In this document: in pieces, positions 9,746-18,436 of the stretch
Numbering within the stretch: position 1 is the stretch's first letter
Layout: each line of letters opens with the position of its first letter
Virus record (IMG/VR): IMGVR_UViG_2675903334_000001
DNA length: 64,000 nt
Direction: 5' to 3' (one strand)
DNA from: a virus
Lineage: Duplodnaviria > Caudoviricetes
Made by a program: the position numbers and the translations under genes
The notes under the pieces: generated by a model
What the model was told of the DNA's origin: nothing
Databases searched by the model: none
The model's input: the letters and a program-made list of their open reading frames with translations, nothing else

Positions 9746-10045
9746 ATGGCCAACAACAGCCGCAACAAGCCCAATGAAGCCGCCGACGAGCAGACCGACA
9801 CCGACAAGGCGACCGTCGACTTGGTGTGGGAGGGTCTCAAATTCACGATCCCGAAGCGTCGAGGCCGCTGGCCTGTCAGTGCGCTTAGGGATTTCGCGCG
9901 CGGCCGGAACTACGAAGCTGTCGTCACACTCATCGGTGGTGAGACGCGATGGCAGATGCTGGCCGAGAAGTGCCCTACCGGAGACGACTTCGACAAGTTC
10001 GTCGACTATGTGCGCGACGTCGTCCAGAAGGAGTGCACCCTGTGA
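9746..10045 (+). CDS. Tail assembly chaperone, G-like paralog
   Basis: WEGLKFTIPKRRGRWPVSAL motif resembles the N-part of the upstream ORF. Confidence 0.7.
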   Translation: MANNSRNKPNEAADEQTDTDKATVDLVWEGLKFTIPKRRGRWPVSALRDFARGRNYEAVVTLIGGETRWQMLAEKCPTGDDFDKFVDYVRDVVQKECTL

Positions 10046-10209
10046 ACCGGGCGCCGCGGTATCCGTGGCGCCGAATCAGAAGCCGCCCACGCATCCGATT
10101 GTGGGATAACCAATTCCAATACATCACCGAAATCGAAACACCTCTGTATGTCGAGCCGTGGCCGACCTGGCTGCGGCGGATTGTGCGGCAAGCGCTGCAC
10201 CTGAGGTAA
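10042..10209 (+). CDS. 55-aa protein resembling the N-terminus of the minor tail protein at 15061
   Basis: RPRIRLWDNQFQYITEIE versus KAPLVRLWDKEFRFIARVE; GTGA overlap. Confidence 0.5.
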   Translation: MNRAPRYPWRRIRSRPRIRLWDNQFQYITEIETPLYVEPWPTWLRRIVRQALHLR

Positions 10210-10224
10210 GGCGGATGCCACACC

Positions 10225-13200
10225 GTGGCAGCACAAGGTGGTTTGGATTTCGGGTACTACACGCTCCCGGTCATCCCGTCGTTTGCGGGCATCGAATCGA
10301 AGTCGCAAACGGCGCTGAACCGCTCCGTCGGGGGCCTCGGAACCAAGCTCGGTAAAGACTTCGGGAAGAACCTCGCCGACGGCATCGTCTCATCGGAAGC
10401 GCAACTGGCCCGCGCCTACGACAACGTCATCAAGGTCAAAGACAAGGCAGCCGACGCCACCGGCAAGCTGGCGACCGCCGAGGCTAAATTGCAGCGGCTG
10501 CAGAAGATCGCCGCGTCTAACGATCGGATCGTCGCAGCCACCGAGGCCCGCAACAAGGCAAGACGCGACGAGACGCGTGCGCTCAAGGAAGCCGCCGCAG
10601 CCCAGGACGACTACGAAAGTTCCCTGCGGCGGCACAAGGACGGCGCGAGCGCCGTCGACGGCCTGGGGTTCAGTTTCGAAGGTTTGGCGGGTAAGGCATC
10701 GATGGCTGCCGCGGCCTTGGGCACTGCGGTCGGTGCGGGAATGGCGGCGGCGGTGGCCGGCGCGGTGCAGCTGACTCGCGAGTTGTACGAACTCGGCGCG
10801 CAGTTCGATGAAACATTCGACACCCTGCAGATCACCACCGGCGCCAGCGGCGACGCGCTCGACGCGCTGGAACTGTCCGTGAAGAACCTGGGACGTTCTG
10901 TGCCGCTGCCGTTTACCGAACTCGGCAAGATCGTCGGTGAGGTCAACCGGGATCTACACCTGACAGGCCCCGAGCTGGACGCGGTATCCAAGTCGGTCGC
11001 CAACCTCGGCCGGCTCACTGGTGAAGCGGTCGACGTACGTGGACTTGGCCGGGCGTTCCGTTCATTCGGTGTCGAAGGCAAAGACCAGGTAGCGACGCTC
11101 GATTCGCTGTTCGGTGCCTGGCAGCGCACCGGCATTCCCATCAACGAACTGCTGTCCACAGTCACCAAGGGTGGCCCGCAGCTGCGGCAATTCGGGTTCA
11201 CCTTCGGCCAGTCCGCCGCACTGATCGGCATGCTGGACGAGCGCGGGTTGGACGCCGACAAGGCGGTCATGGCGCTGACTAAGAGTCTGGGAACGCTGGC
11301 TAAGACGCAGGGTGTCACCGGACCGGAAGCGTTGCGACAAACCGTCTCCCAGATCAAGGCATTGACCGACGCTGGCCGCGATGCAGAGGCGCTGAACCTC
11401 ACCAACAAGATCTTCGGTGCCAAGGGCGGTGTGCAGTTCTTCGACGCGATCAAGTCCGGAGCGCTCGATCTGGAGACCTTGCAATCAGCACTTGAATCGA
11501 CCGGGTCATCGATCAACGACACCGCCGCGGACACCGACGATTTCGAACAGAAGTGGCAGATCTTCAAAAACAATGCCGCTTCGGCGTTGGAACCATTGGC
11601 GTCCACCCTATTTGAGTTCGTCAACGTCAGCCTTACGGAGTTCTCAGACTGGGTGCAACAGCACGCACCGGCAATCATCAGATTCTTCGGTACGTCCGCT
11701 GATCTTGCTATTACGTTGGGGCAAAGCATTATCGGCATGGTCGGGGGCGCGGTTCGTGCGCTGGCCCTGCTGGTCGGCGGTGTCGGCAATGTGGTCGGAA
11801 CGCTCCTTAAGGCCGGGGCCGCTGTCGACGATTTCTTCGGGCGCCACGACAAAGCCGACGAGCAGCGCCGCGCCGCCGAGGACGCGTTCGCGTGGGGGCA
11901 GGGACTGAACAAGGTTGTCGATGCGGCCGACGACTTGAATCAACGTCTATTCCGGGTGCGGGACAAGATCCGGACCACCTCAGATGAGATGGCGACCGCA
12001 GCTGAATTCACGTCGCGCCTCGGCGAAGTTACTGCCAGCATCCCCGACGGGAAGACCATACGGATCTCAGAGAACACACCGGAGGTCCGCCGCAAGCTCG
12101 CTGATATCGGCGTGCAGGTCGAAACCCTGCCTGACGGCACCGTGACGGTTACCGCGAACACCGACCAGGGCAAAAAGATTCTCGAAACGTGGCGTAAGTC
12201 GATCGAGAACGACAAGCCCGCCGAGGTGCCGATCACCGCCGATACCTCCGAGGCAGAGCGCAAATGGAATCAGTTCCGCGACATGCTGCAGAACCCCGGA
12301 CCTACGCCAGTTACGGGACCGTTCATGGGCGGCAACGCAACAGCAGATGGGCCATGGATTCCGTTCCTGCCGCCACCTCCGGCGCGCGCACGCGGCGGAA
12401 TCTTCGATGTGTGGGATTCGGTGGCATCGTTCGCCGACGGCAAGCTACCGAGTCAGGCGCTCATTCAACGGCCGGTAGGCAGGTCCGGCCTGGTGCAGTG
12501 GGCCGAACCATCCACGCGCGGAGAGGCATTCATACCGCTAGGTGGTGGTCAGCGCTCGATTGATATCTGGATGGAAACCGGCCGGCGGCTGGGCATGATG
12601 CGCAGCTACGACCAAGGCGGCTTGCACGAAGGACTCAACCCCGGCGCCGACTACTTGAGATCCACTGTTATGCAGCTATTCCCGCAGGTGAAAACCATCT
12701 ACGGGCGCCGTGCCGAGGACGGTTTCGGGGAACACTCGTCAGGCAACGCGATCGACATCATGATCGAAAACTACGACACCCCGCAGGGCAGAGCGCTCGG
12801 CGATTCGATCGCCGCATTCTTGGTGAAGAACCAATCCGCGCTGGATCTCAACGGCTTCATTTGGCGTCAACAGAGCTACGGGTACGGCGGATCGTTCACC
12901 ACCGGTACCCCGATGGGCGACCGCGGGGACGACAACCAGAACCACATGAACCACCTGCACGTGATACTTGGGTCCGGACGCCACGCGACCGCCAAGGCCG
13001 TGGGTCTTCCGACGGCGCCGCTCGTTGCCTCTGGCGGCGGTGCTGTTGGCGGTGGGGGAGCCTCGATCGGCGGCGGTGGCCGCAGCAGCGGCGGAAGCGT
13101 GTTCGGCGCCGGATACCAGACAGGCCGCGGCACACCGGGATACGACGAAGATGGACGACCCGGCTACTACAACCCCGACCCGAAACAGGTCCGCGAAGCC

Positions 13201-13953
13201 GAAGAACGTGCCGCCGACGCTCAGCAGCGCATCAAAGATGCTGACGCACAGGTCAAGATCGCCGAGGCCCGTAAAAGCGAACTCGATTTCGATGCCTCGG
13301 AATCGCAGAAATTGTCCGCAGATAACGCGCTCGACAAGGCGAAAGCGGATGCGGCCAAGGCGCGCCGCGAGGCGCAGGACACGCAAGCCGATCTCGCCGA
13401 TGCACAACGCGGAAAGTTCACCGCTGCCAAGGAATCCAAGAAAAACAAGGGCGATAACGATCTGAGCGACATAGGCAAGATCGTCGGCGGCGGGTTCGCT
13501 GAAATGCTCGGCCTCGACGGGTCGGTCTTCCCGAACATCGAGGACTTGGGCATCGTGAAGTTGGCCAAGGCCATCTTGGGTATCAAGTACACGCCGCAAG
13601 GCACCAACTTCGCGGGCGGTCTACTCGCCGGCGCTGGCGGCGGCGGTGGGCTCGGCAGCCCCAGTGGTTCGTTCGGTGGCGCGACCTTCGATGGTGGAGG
13701 CGCCACGTCGGGCCTTCCGTTCGGGATGGTGCCCGAGGTTTCCTCAACGCTGCCATCATTCACCGGCCCGAACACCCATGTCGGTACCGGCTACCCGCCT
13801 GGCGTCGGGAACGCCGGCAACACCGACAACTCGCTGAACGTCACCATCAACAACCCGCAAGGCGATGAGCGGTCGATCGCCGACCGGACTCGTCGTGTCC
13901 TGCTCAACACTCCACGGCAGATGACGCACGAACCCATCGGCGCGGGTGGGTGA
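10225..13953 (+). CDS. Tape measure protein with embedded peptidoglycan hydrolase-like domain
   Basis: 1242 aa Ala/Gly-rich helical protein after the chaperones; HSSGNAID...HMNHLHV motif. Confidence 0.95.
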   Translation: MAAQGGLDFGYYTLPVIPSFAGIESKSQTALNRSVGGLGTKLGKDFGKNLADGIVSSEAQLARAYDNVIKVKDKAADATGKLATAEAKLQRLQKIAASNDRIVAATEARNKARRDETRALKEAAAAQDDYESSLRRHKDGASAVDGLGFSFEGLAGKASMAAAALGTAVGAGMAAAVAGAVQLTRELYELGAQFDETFDTLQITTGASGDALDALELSVKNLGRSVPLPFTELGKIVGEVNRDLHLTGPELDAVSKSVANLGRLTGEAVDVRGLGRAFRSFGVEGKDQVATLDSLFGAWQRTGIPINELLSTVTKGGPQLRQFGFTFGQSAALIGMLDERGLDADKAVMALTKSLGTLAKTQGVTGPEALRQTVSQIKALTDAGRDAEALNLTNKIFGAKGGVQFFDAIKSGALDLETLQSALESTGSSINDTAADTDDFEQKWQIFKNNAASALEPLASTLFEFVNVSLTEFSDWVQQHAPAIIRFFGTSADLAITLGQSIIGMVGGAVRALALLVGGVGNVVGTLLKAGAAVDDFFGRHDKADEQRRAAEDAFAWGQGLNKVVDAADDLNQRLFRVRDKIRTTSDEMATAAEFTSRLGEVTASIPDGKTIRISENTPEVRRKLADIGVQVETLPDGTVTVTANTDQGKKILETWRKSIENDKPAEVPITADTSEAERKWNQFRDMLQNPGPTPVTGPFMGGNATADGPWIPFLPPPPARARGGIFDVWDSVASFADGKLPSQALIQRPVGRSGLVQWAEPSTRGEAFIPLGGGQRSIDIWMETGRRLGMMRSYDQGGLHEGLNPGADYLRSTVMQLFPQVKTIYGRRAEDGFGEHSSGNAIDIMIENYDTPQGRALGDSIAAFLVKNQSALDLNGFIWRQQSYGYGGSFTTGTPMGDRGDDNQNHMNHLHVILGSGRHATAKAVGLPTAPLVASGGGAVGGGGASIGGGGRSSGGSVFGAGYQTGRGTPGYDEDGRPGYYNPDPKQVREAEERAADAQQRIKDADAQVKIAEARKSELDFDASESQKLSADNALDKAKADAAKARREAQDTQADLADAQRGKFTAAKESKKNKGDNDLSDIGKIVGGGFAEMLGLDGSVFPNIEDLGIVKLAKAILGIKYTPQGTNFAGGLLAGAGGGGGLGSPSGSFGGATFDGGGATSGLPFGMVPEVSSTLPSFTGPNTHVGTGYPPGVGNAGNTDNSLNVTINNPQGDERSIADRTRRVLLNTPRQMTHEPIGAGG

Positions 13954-15064
13954 CATCGTGACAAGTTCTGAGCTGATCGGACCGCGCCGAAACGTGCCAT
14001 GGTCCAAGCTGTCCGAAGCCGCACGCGGCGAAGCGGTGTCGTGTGCATGGATCGGGTCCGACGGCCAGTATTGGCCGCTCACCGGGCAGCTGGCGGGCAG
14101 CGAGGGCGCGTTCATCACAGGCCCCATCGACGGCATGGTGCACGTCCCGTTCGAGGGAGTGTGGACCACCCCGGCGTACGGCCCGCCGCGGTTCGAGCGC
14201 ACAGTCGACGGCCGGCGCGAAATCTCCTTCACGTTGGGCTTGATGTCCGATTCGTCGCTGGGCTGGTACGACACCGAGGCCCGGTTCTGGCGCGGCTGCC
14301 GCAACGACGCCACCGGATATTTCACAGTCACCACGCGACGACACGGGCAGCTGTGGATACCGATGCAGCTGTTGGAGGCGCCGAAATGCGCGCTCCCCGA
14401 TGATCCCGCGCTGCAGCGAGTCGCGTTGCACGAAATCATCCTCGCCGCCGACGGTGAACCGCGCTGGCACCGGCCCGACACCGCCCCGCCGCCGTTCGTG
14501 CGTCCCCCCGGCGGGCCGAGCCTGGGATTCATCAGGATCGCGAACCGCTCCACCGAGCCGGCGTGGCCGATCTTTTTCGTGCAGGCGTCGAAGACCGCGC
14601 CGTCAAAAATACGGCTCGGCGACGGCCCGAACGCGATCGTGTCAGGTCAGGAAAACCCGTTCGATGACTGGCCGAAGTTGTCGCGGCTATTCGGGATCCC
14701 GTTCATAGACGAGATCCTGGGCACGTTCACCCGCACACGCGACGCGAACATGATCGATGTTCCCGAACTCAATCCCGGCGAACACTGCATCATCGACACC
14801 GATCCGACGCACCGGATCGCGATCACCGCCCAAGATCCGCCGGACAACCTGCTCAAGAAATTCATTCGGAATAGTGAGCTGCTGAACTGGATCCTCGGCG
14901 AGTACGGCGACACGGGTCTGCCCCTGCTGCAACGGTTCCGGGGACAAGGATTCTCGATTCCGATCCCGCCGCGCACTGTCGCAACGATCCCGGTCTCACA
15001 TAACCAGCCTGGCGGCAAGATCTGGTGCCAGCTGCCGCAACGCTTCGAAAGCGCGCTCGCATGA
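13946..15064 (+). CDS. Minor tail protein (distal tail-like)
   Basis: First gene after tape measure; typical size and position. Confidence 0.8.
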   Translation: MGDIVTSSELIGPRRNVPWSKLSEAARGEAVSCAWIGSDGQYWPLTGQLAGSEGAFITGPIDGMVHVPFEGVWTTPAYGPPRFERTVDGRREISFTLGLMSDSSLGWYDTEARFWRGCRNDATGYFTVTTRRHGQLWIPMQLLEAPKCALPDDPALQRVALHEIILAADGEPRWHRPDTAPPPFVRPPGGPSLGFIRIANRSTEPAWPIFFVQASKTAPSKIRLGDGPNAIVSGQENPFDDWPKLSRLFGIPFIDEILGTFTRTRDANMIDVPELNPGEHCIIDTDPTHRIAITAQDPPDNLLKKFIRNSELLNWILGEYGDTGLPLLQRFRGQGFSIPIPPRTVATIPVSHNQPGGKIWCQLPQRFESALA

Positions 15065-16779
15065 CCGCGCCCACACTGACCCTGGACCCCAAGACGCTGG
15101 CGGGCGAGTTCACACCAGAGCTGCGGATGCATCTCCTAGAACGCCGCTGGGCATACATGAACCGGCGCACCAAGGCGCCCCTTGTTCGGCTGTGGGACAA
15201 GGAATTCAGGTTCATTGCCCGCGTCGAAAACCTCGACAAATGGGATTGGGAAGAACTGGCCACCGAAGACGGTGAAGCCAACATCACGTTCTCCGGCAAG
15301 GCCAACGACTGGCTACGGGAAATCATCACCTACCAAATCGGTGACGACGAAGACATTCACCTCACGATCGACCCCGACCCGGACAAGCCGCACGACTTCC
15401 GGACCCGCTGGGGCGGCAAGGTCATGGTCATCGAGGACGACGAAGAAGCCGGAAAGGCTGCCGTCACCACCCTCAAGTGCATCTCAAATCGACGCCACCT
15501 CAAGGGAATCTACCTCGCGGCAAACCCCATATTTCCCATGGAGGTACAGCTGCCCAAGATGTTCCTGTGGGGTGGCCCCACGGTCACCACCTGCGCAACA
15601 GCGATGTTCTTCAACTGCATTCGACTGTTCACGCTCAACGGATTCTTCCCGGTACCGCGCAACATCTTCGCCCCGGAAACATGGCTGCAAAACCTCTCAC
15701 CGCTCAATTGGCCCGTGCAGATCATGCCTGTGGCTGGGCTGTTCGACCAATCGCGTTGGTGCACAATCGGTTCACGCTGGAAGGACGCGCACACCGTCCT
15801 GTCGCCGGTCATGAAGGACGCCGGCGTGATCTGCCGCGCCTACACGTGGCTGCCCGGCGACCCGGCGCCGTACACGATGTTCGGCCCCGAACTCGCCGAG
15901 ATCCTCAAGCCGACCCGTGCCTGCGTGATTCTGTCGTTCGAAGACAAGTCGGGCGTGACCGGCCCGACCGGCACCATGCTCGACGGCGCAATCAACCTGT
16001 TCGCGGCCACCCTCGACGACCTGATCACCGAAACCCTGATCCCGATCGACGCGGACCATGACGGCGAGGTCGACCCGTTCTTCCGGAAACTGCTGCTGGT
16101 TTCACCCAAGCCGCCGCCATTCGTATACCGCGATATCGGGTTCGGCAACATCCGGCGCCGCAAGCTGCGGATCTACAAGTCGCGCGCCACAGACATCATC
16201 GTCGGCGGCAAGAGCCCTCAATGGGTTAACCAGGCAATAACATTCGCGATCCGGTACGGCATATCGCAACTGGCCCAAGTGATCATGGGCGTCGAAGCTG
16301 CCGGCGTCGAAGGTCTGGACAACCTGTACCAAGGCCAGCTCGACGACGTGTTCCTGGCGTTCATGCGGTACGTCAACCCGTTGCGGTCCGCGAAGGCCGG
16401 AAGCTACGCGTTCCGCGAGTATTTCAAGAATCCGGGCGGCACCGCGTACGTCATCAACGCCATTCAAGAACTCGCCGCAGGCGATTTCGAAATGAAGGCA
16501 TACCGGTCGATGAAGTTCGACGTCGGCGACGGGCAGCCCTACATCCTCGGCGAAGACTTTTGGCTCGGCGACCGCGTGTCAGCGGAAATCCGGGGCGTCG
16601 TCTACACCGATCAAATCATGGCCATCAAGGGCGAAGGTGACCGCACGACCGCGGGACGGCCCACGGTTTCGTTCGGCGACGACTCCCGCGACGAAGACCC
16701 CGTCGCCCGCGGTTTCCGCACCATCGGCAACGTCGCGAACTTCGCGGCACTACTGGCAGGAAGCGGGGATTTGTTCTGA
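15061..16779 (+). CDS. Minor tail protein (baseplate hub-like)
   Basis: RLWDKE N-motif; GEDFWLGDRV and TVSFGDD...EDP C-motifs of mycobacteriophage minor tail proteins. Confidence 0.85.
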   Translation: MTAPTLTLDPKTLAGEFTPELRMHLLERRWAYMNRRTKAPLVRLWDKEFRFIARVENLDKWDWEELATEDGEANITFSGKANDWLREIITYQIGDDEDIHLTIDPDPDKPHDFRTRWGGKVMVIEDDEEAGKAAVTTLKCISNRRHLKGIYLAANPIFPMEVQLPKMFLWGGPTVTTCATAMFFNCIRLFTLNGFFPVPRNIFAPETWLQNLSPLNWPVQIMPVAGLFDQSRWCTIGSRWKDAHTVLSPVMKDAGVICRAYTWLPGDPAPYTMFGPELAEILKPTRACVILSFEDKSGVTGPTGTMLDGAINLFAATLDDLITETLIPIDADHDGEVDPFFRKLLLVSPKPPPFVYRDIGFGNIRRRKLRIYKSRATDIIVGGKSPQWVNQAITFAIRYGISQLAQVIMGVEAAGVEGLDNLYQGQLDDVFLAFMRYVNPLRSAKAGSYAFREYFKNPGGTAYVINAIQELAAGDFEMKAYRSMKFDVGDGQPYILGEDFWLGDRVSAEIRGVVYTDQIMAIKGEGDRTTAGRPTVSFGDDSRDEDPVARGFRTIGNVANFAALLAGSGDLF

Positions 16780-17333
16780 TGAGCAGACGAAACCGGCAGC
16801 AAGACAAGGTGTTCCCGAAATTTCCGTACGACCGAAAGTTCACGAAATCTGAGCTTGACGAGATTTTCGCGAAGCAAGACCGGCTGTGCGAGGCGTTCCG
16901 CGATGCGGTCGGCCCGAACGGATGGGGCCTGGGAATGCCGGAAGACCACCTGCAGCTGCTGATGTTTCACGGCGCGCTGGCCGGCGCCGACGTCGACGAA
17001 GACAAGGCGTTCATCCGGGCGCGCCGCCTGCCCGACCAGAGCGGGCGACTGGTCGACGCCGTCGAATGGGTGGTGAAAAAGGAAGACACCCCACGCGACC
17101 GAAGCCGCGACGCGCGCCGCGAGGCACGTGCACGCGCCCGTGAAATTGACGAGCTGGACCCGGACGTGCGCGAGGCACTCGTCGAGATGGTGAAACGCAA
17201 AGGCCAACGGGCCTACAACCGCGGCCACGCCGAAGTACCAACCGATGAGCGCGACGAGTACTCAGCGCGCCTGCGCGCCACCGACAACGAAAACGTTGAA
17301 GACAGCGACGACACCAAGGAGGGCACATCGTGA
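16779..17333 (+). CDS. DUF2744-like minor tail-associated protein
   Basis: Position and HGALAGAD...AVEWV pattern. Confidence 0.6.
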   Translation: MSRRNRQQDKVFPKFPYDRKFTKSELDEIFAKQDRLCEAFRDAVGPNGWGLGMPEDHLQLLMFHGALAGADVDEDKAFIRARRLPDQSGRLVDAVEWVVKKEDTPRDRSRDARREARARAREIDELDPDVREALVEMVKRKGQRAYNRGHAEVPTDERDEYSARLRATDNENVEDSDDTKEGTS

Positions 17334-18436
17334 CGTCCGCAATCATCCCCACCGAACCAATCTTCCTGGGCGAAAGGGTAATCCGAACCCTGTTCTACGC
17401 GGCACCCCGCAACCCCGGAGACCCGCAAACGATCGTCGGCACATTCACTCTGATGCCCGGCGAAGACAACATCGTCTTGGACGCCATCAAGGGAGAGAAA
17501 GGCGACCGCGGCGACATGTCGCCGTTCTGGCGACCGCAATGGGGCTCGACAATAAACCTGCCCGTCGATCTGCCCGACGACCTCGGAGACGCCGATACCG
17601 GAATGGCCTGGTACATCGCAGGCTATTGGCACGTCTGGGACGGCAACGGCTGGCGGATCATCTTGGGCGCCATCCCCGGACCGCCCGGACCCACGCCCAA
17701 CCTGCACATGACTGCGCGCGGGGTTGCGCAGCCCTCAGGCGGTATCACCTACCCCCTGAATCTGAATGTCACGGCAGGCGGCACCACGCTTGAACCGACA
17801 TTCGCGATCGACATCCCGCTCATCCCCGGACCCAAGGGTGACAACGCGAAAATCCTGGAAGCCGAAGATTTCGTCGGCCCCATCGAGGACGGCCAGTCCC
17901 TGATCTATGACTCGACCCTGGCCGGCGGGGCGGGCGGGATACGCGGCGGCAGTCCAGTGGGCACCGCCAAAAAACTGAGCGTCCCCGAGCAGTCGTTCAC
18001 CGGCGGCACGTACGGATCAACCTGGAACATCATTGCCACGATCATCGTTCCGGGGCAACCGCTGCCGTACTACCCCGACTTCGACGGGCACATTCGGTGG
18101 AAGCGCAGCGGCCTGTTCAACAGCGCCCAAATCGAAGTGCAGGTCCGAGCACTGCCGCAAGGGTCGACGAGTGCGCCGGAAACCGGAACCCTGTGTGCAC
18201 GTGCCCTGTACGACCCGAGCACCCTGGACGCCGAAACGATCGCGCACATCCGCGAACAGTGGTCCGATACCGGTCATCCTGCCCGAGCCATAGCCCCGGA
18301 CTCGGGTGAAGGCCGCGTGCCGGCCAACACGTCCATGGTCTATTACGTGCTGCTGTACCGGATCGGCGGAAGCGGCTCGGTCGTGTTTTCCACCCCCGGT
18401 GCGCACCTGTCGCTGACGCTGTTTCCGGTGAGCTGA
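17330..18436 (+). CDS. Minor tail protein with short collagen-like segments
   Basis: GEKGDRGD, GPPGPTP and GPKGD triplets. Confidence 0.8.
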   Translation: MTSAIIPTEPIFLGERVIRTLFYAAPRNPGDPQTIVGTFTLMPGEDNIVLDAIKGEKGDRGDMSPFWRPQWGSTINLPVDLPDDLGDADTGMAWYIAGYWHVWDGNGWRIILGAIPGPPGPTPNLHMTARGVAQPSGGITYPLNLNVTAGGTTLEPTFAIDIPLIPGPKGDNAKILEAEDFVGPIEDGQSLIYDSTLAGGAGGIRGGSPVGTAKKLSVPEQSFTGGTYGSTWNIIATIIVPGQPLPYYPDFDGHIRWKRSGLFNSAQIEVQVRALPQGSTSAPETGTLCARALYDPSTLDAETIAHIREQWSDTGHPARAIAPDSGEGRVPANTSMVYYVLLYRIGGSGSVVFSTPGAHLSLTLFPVS

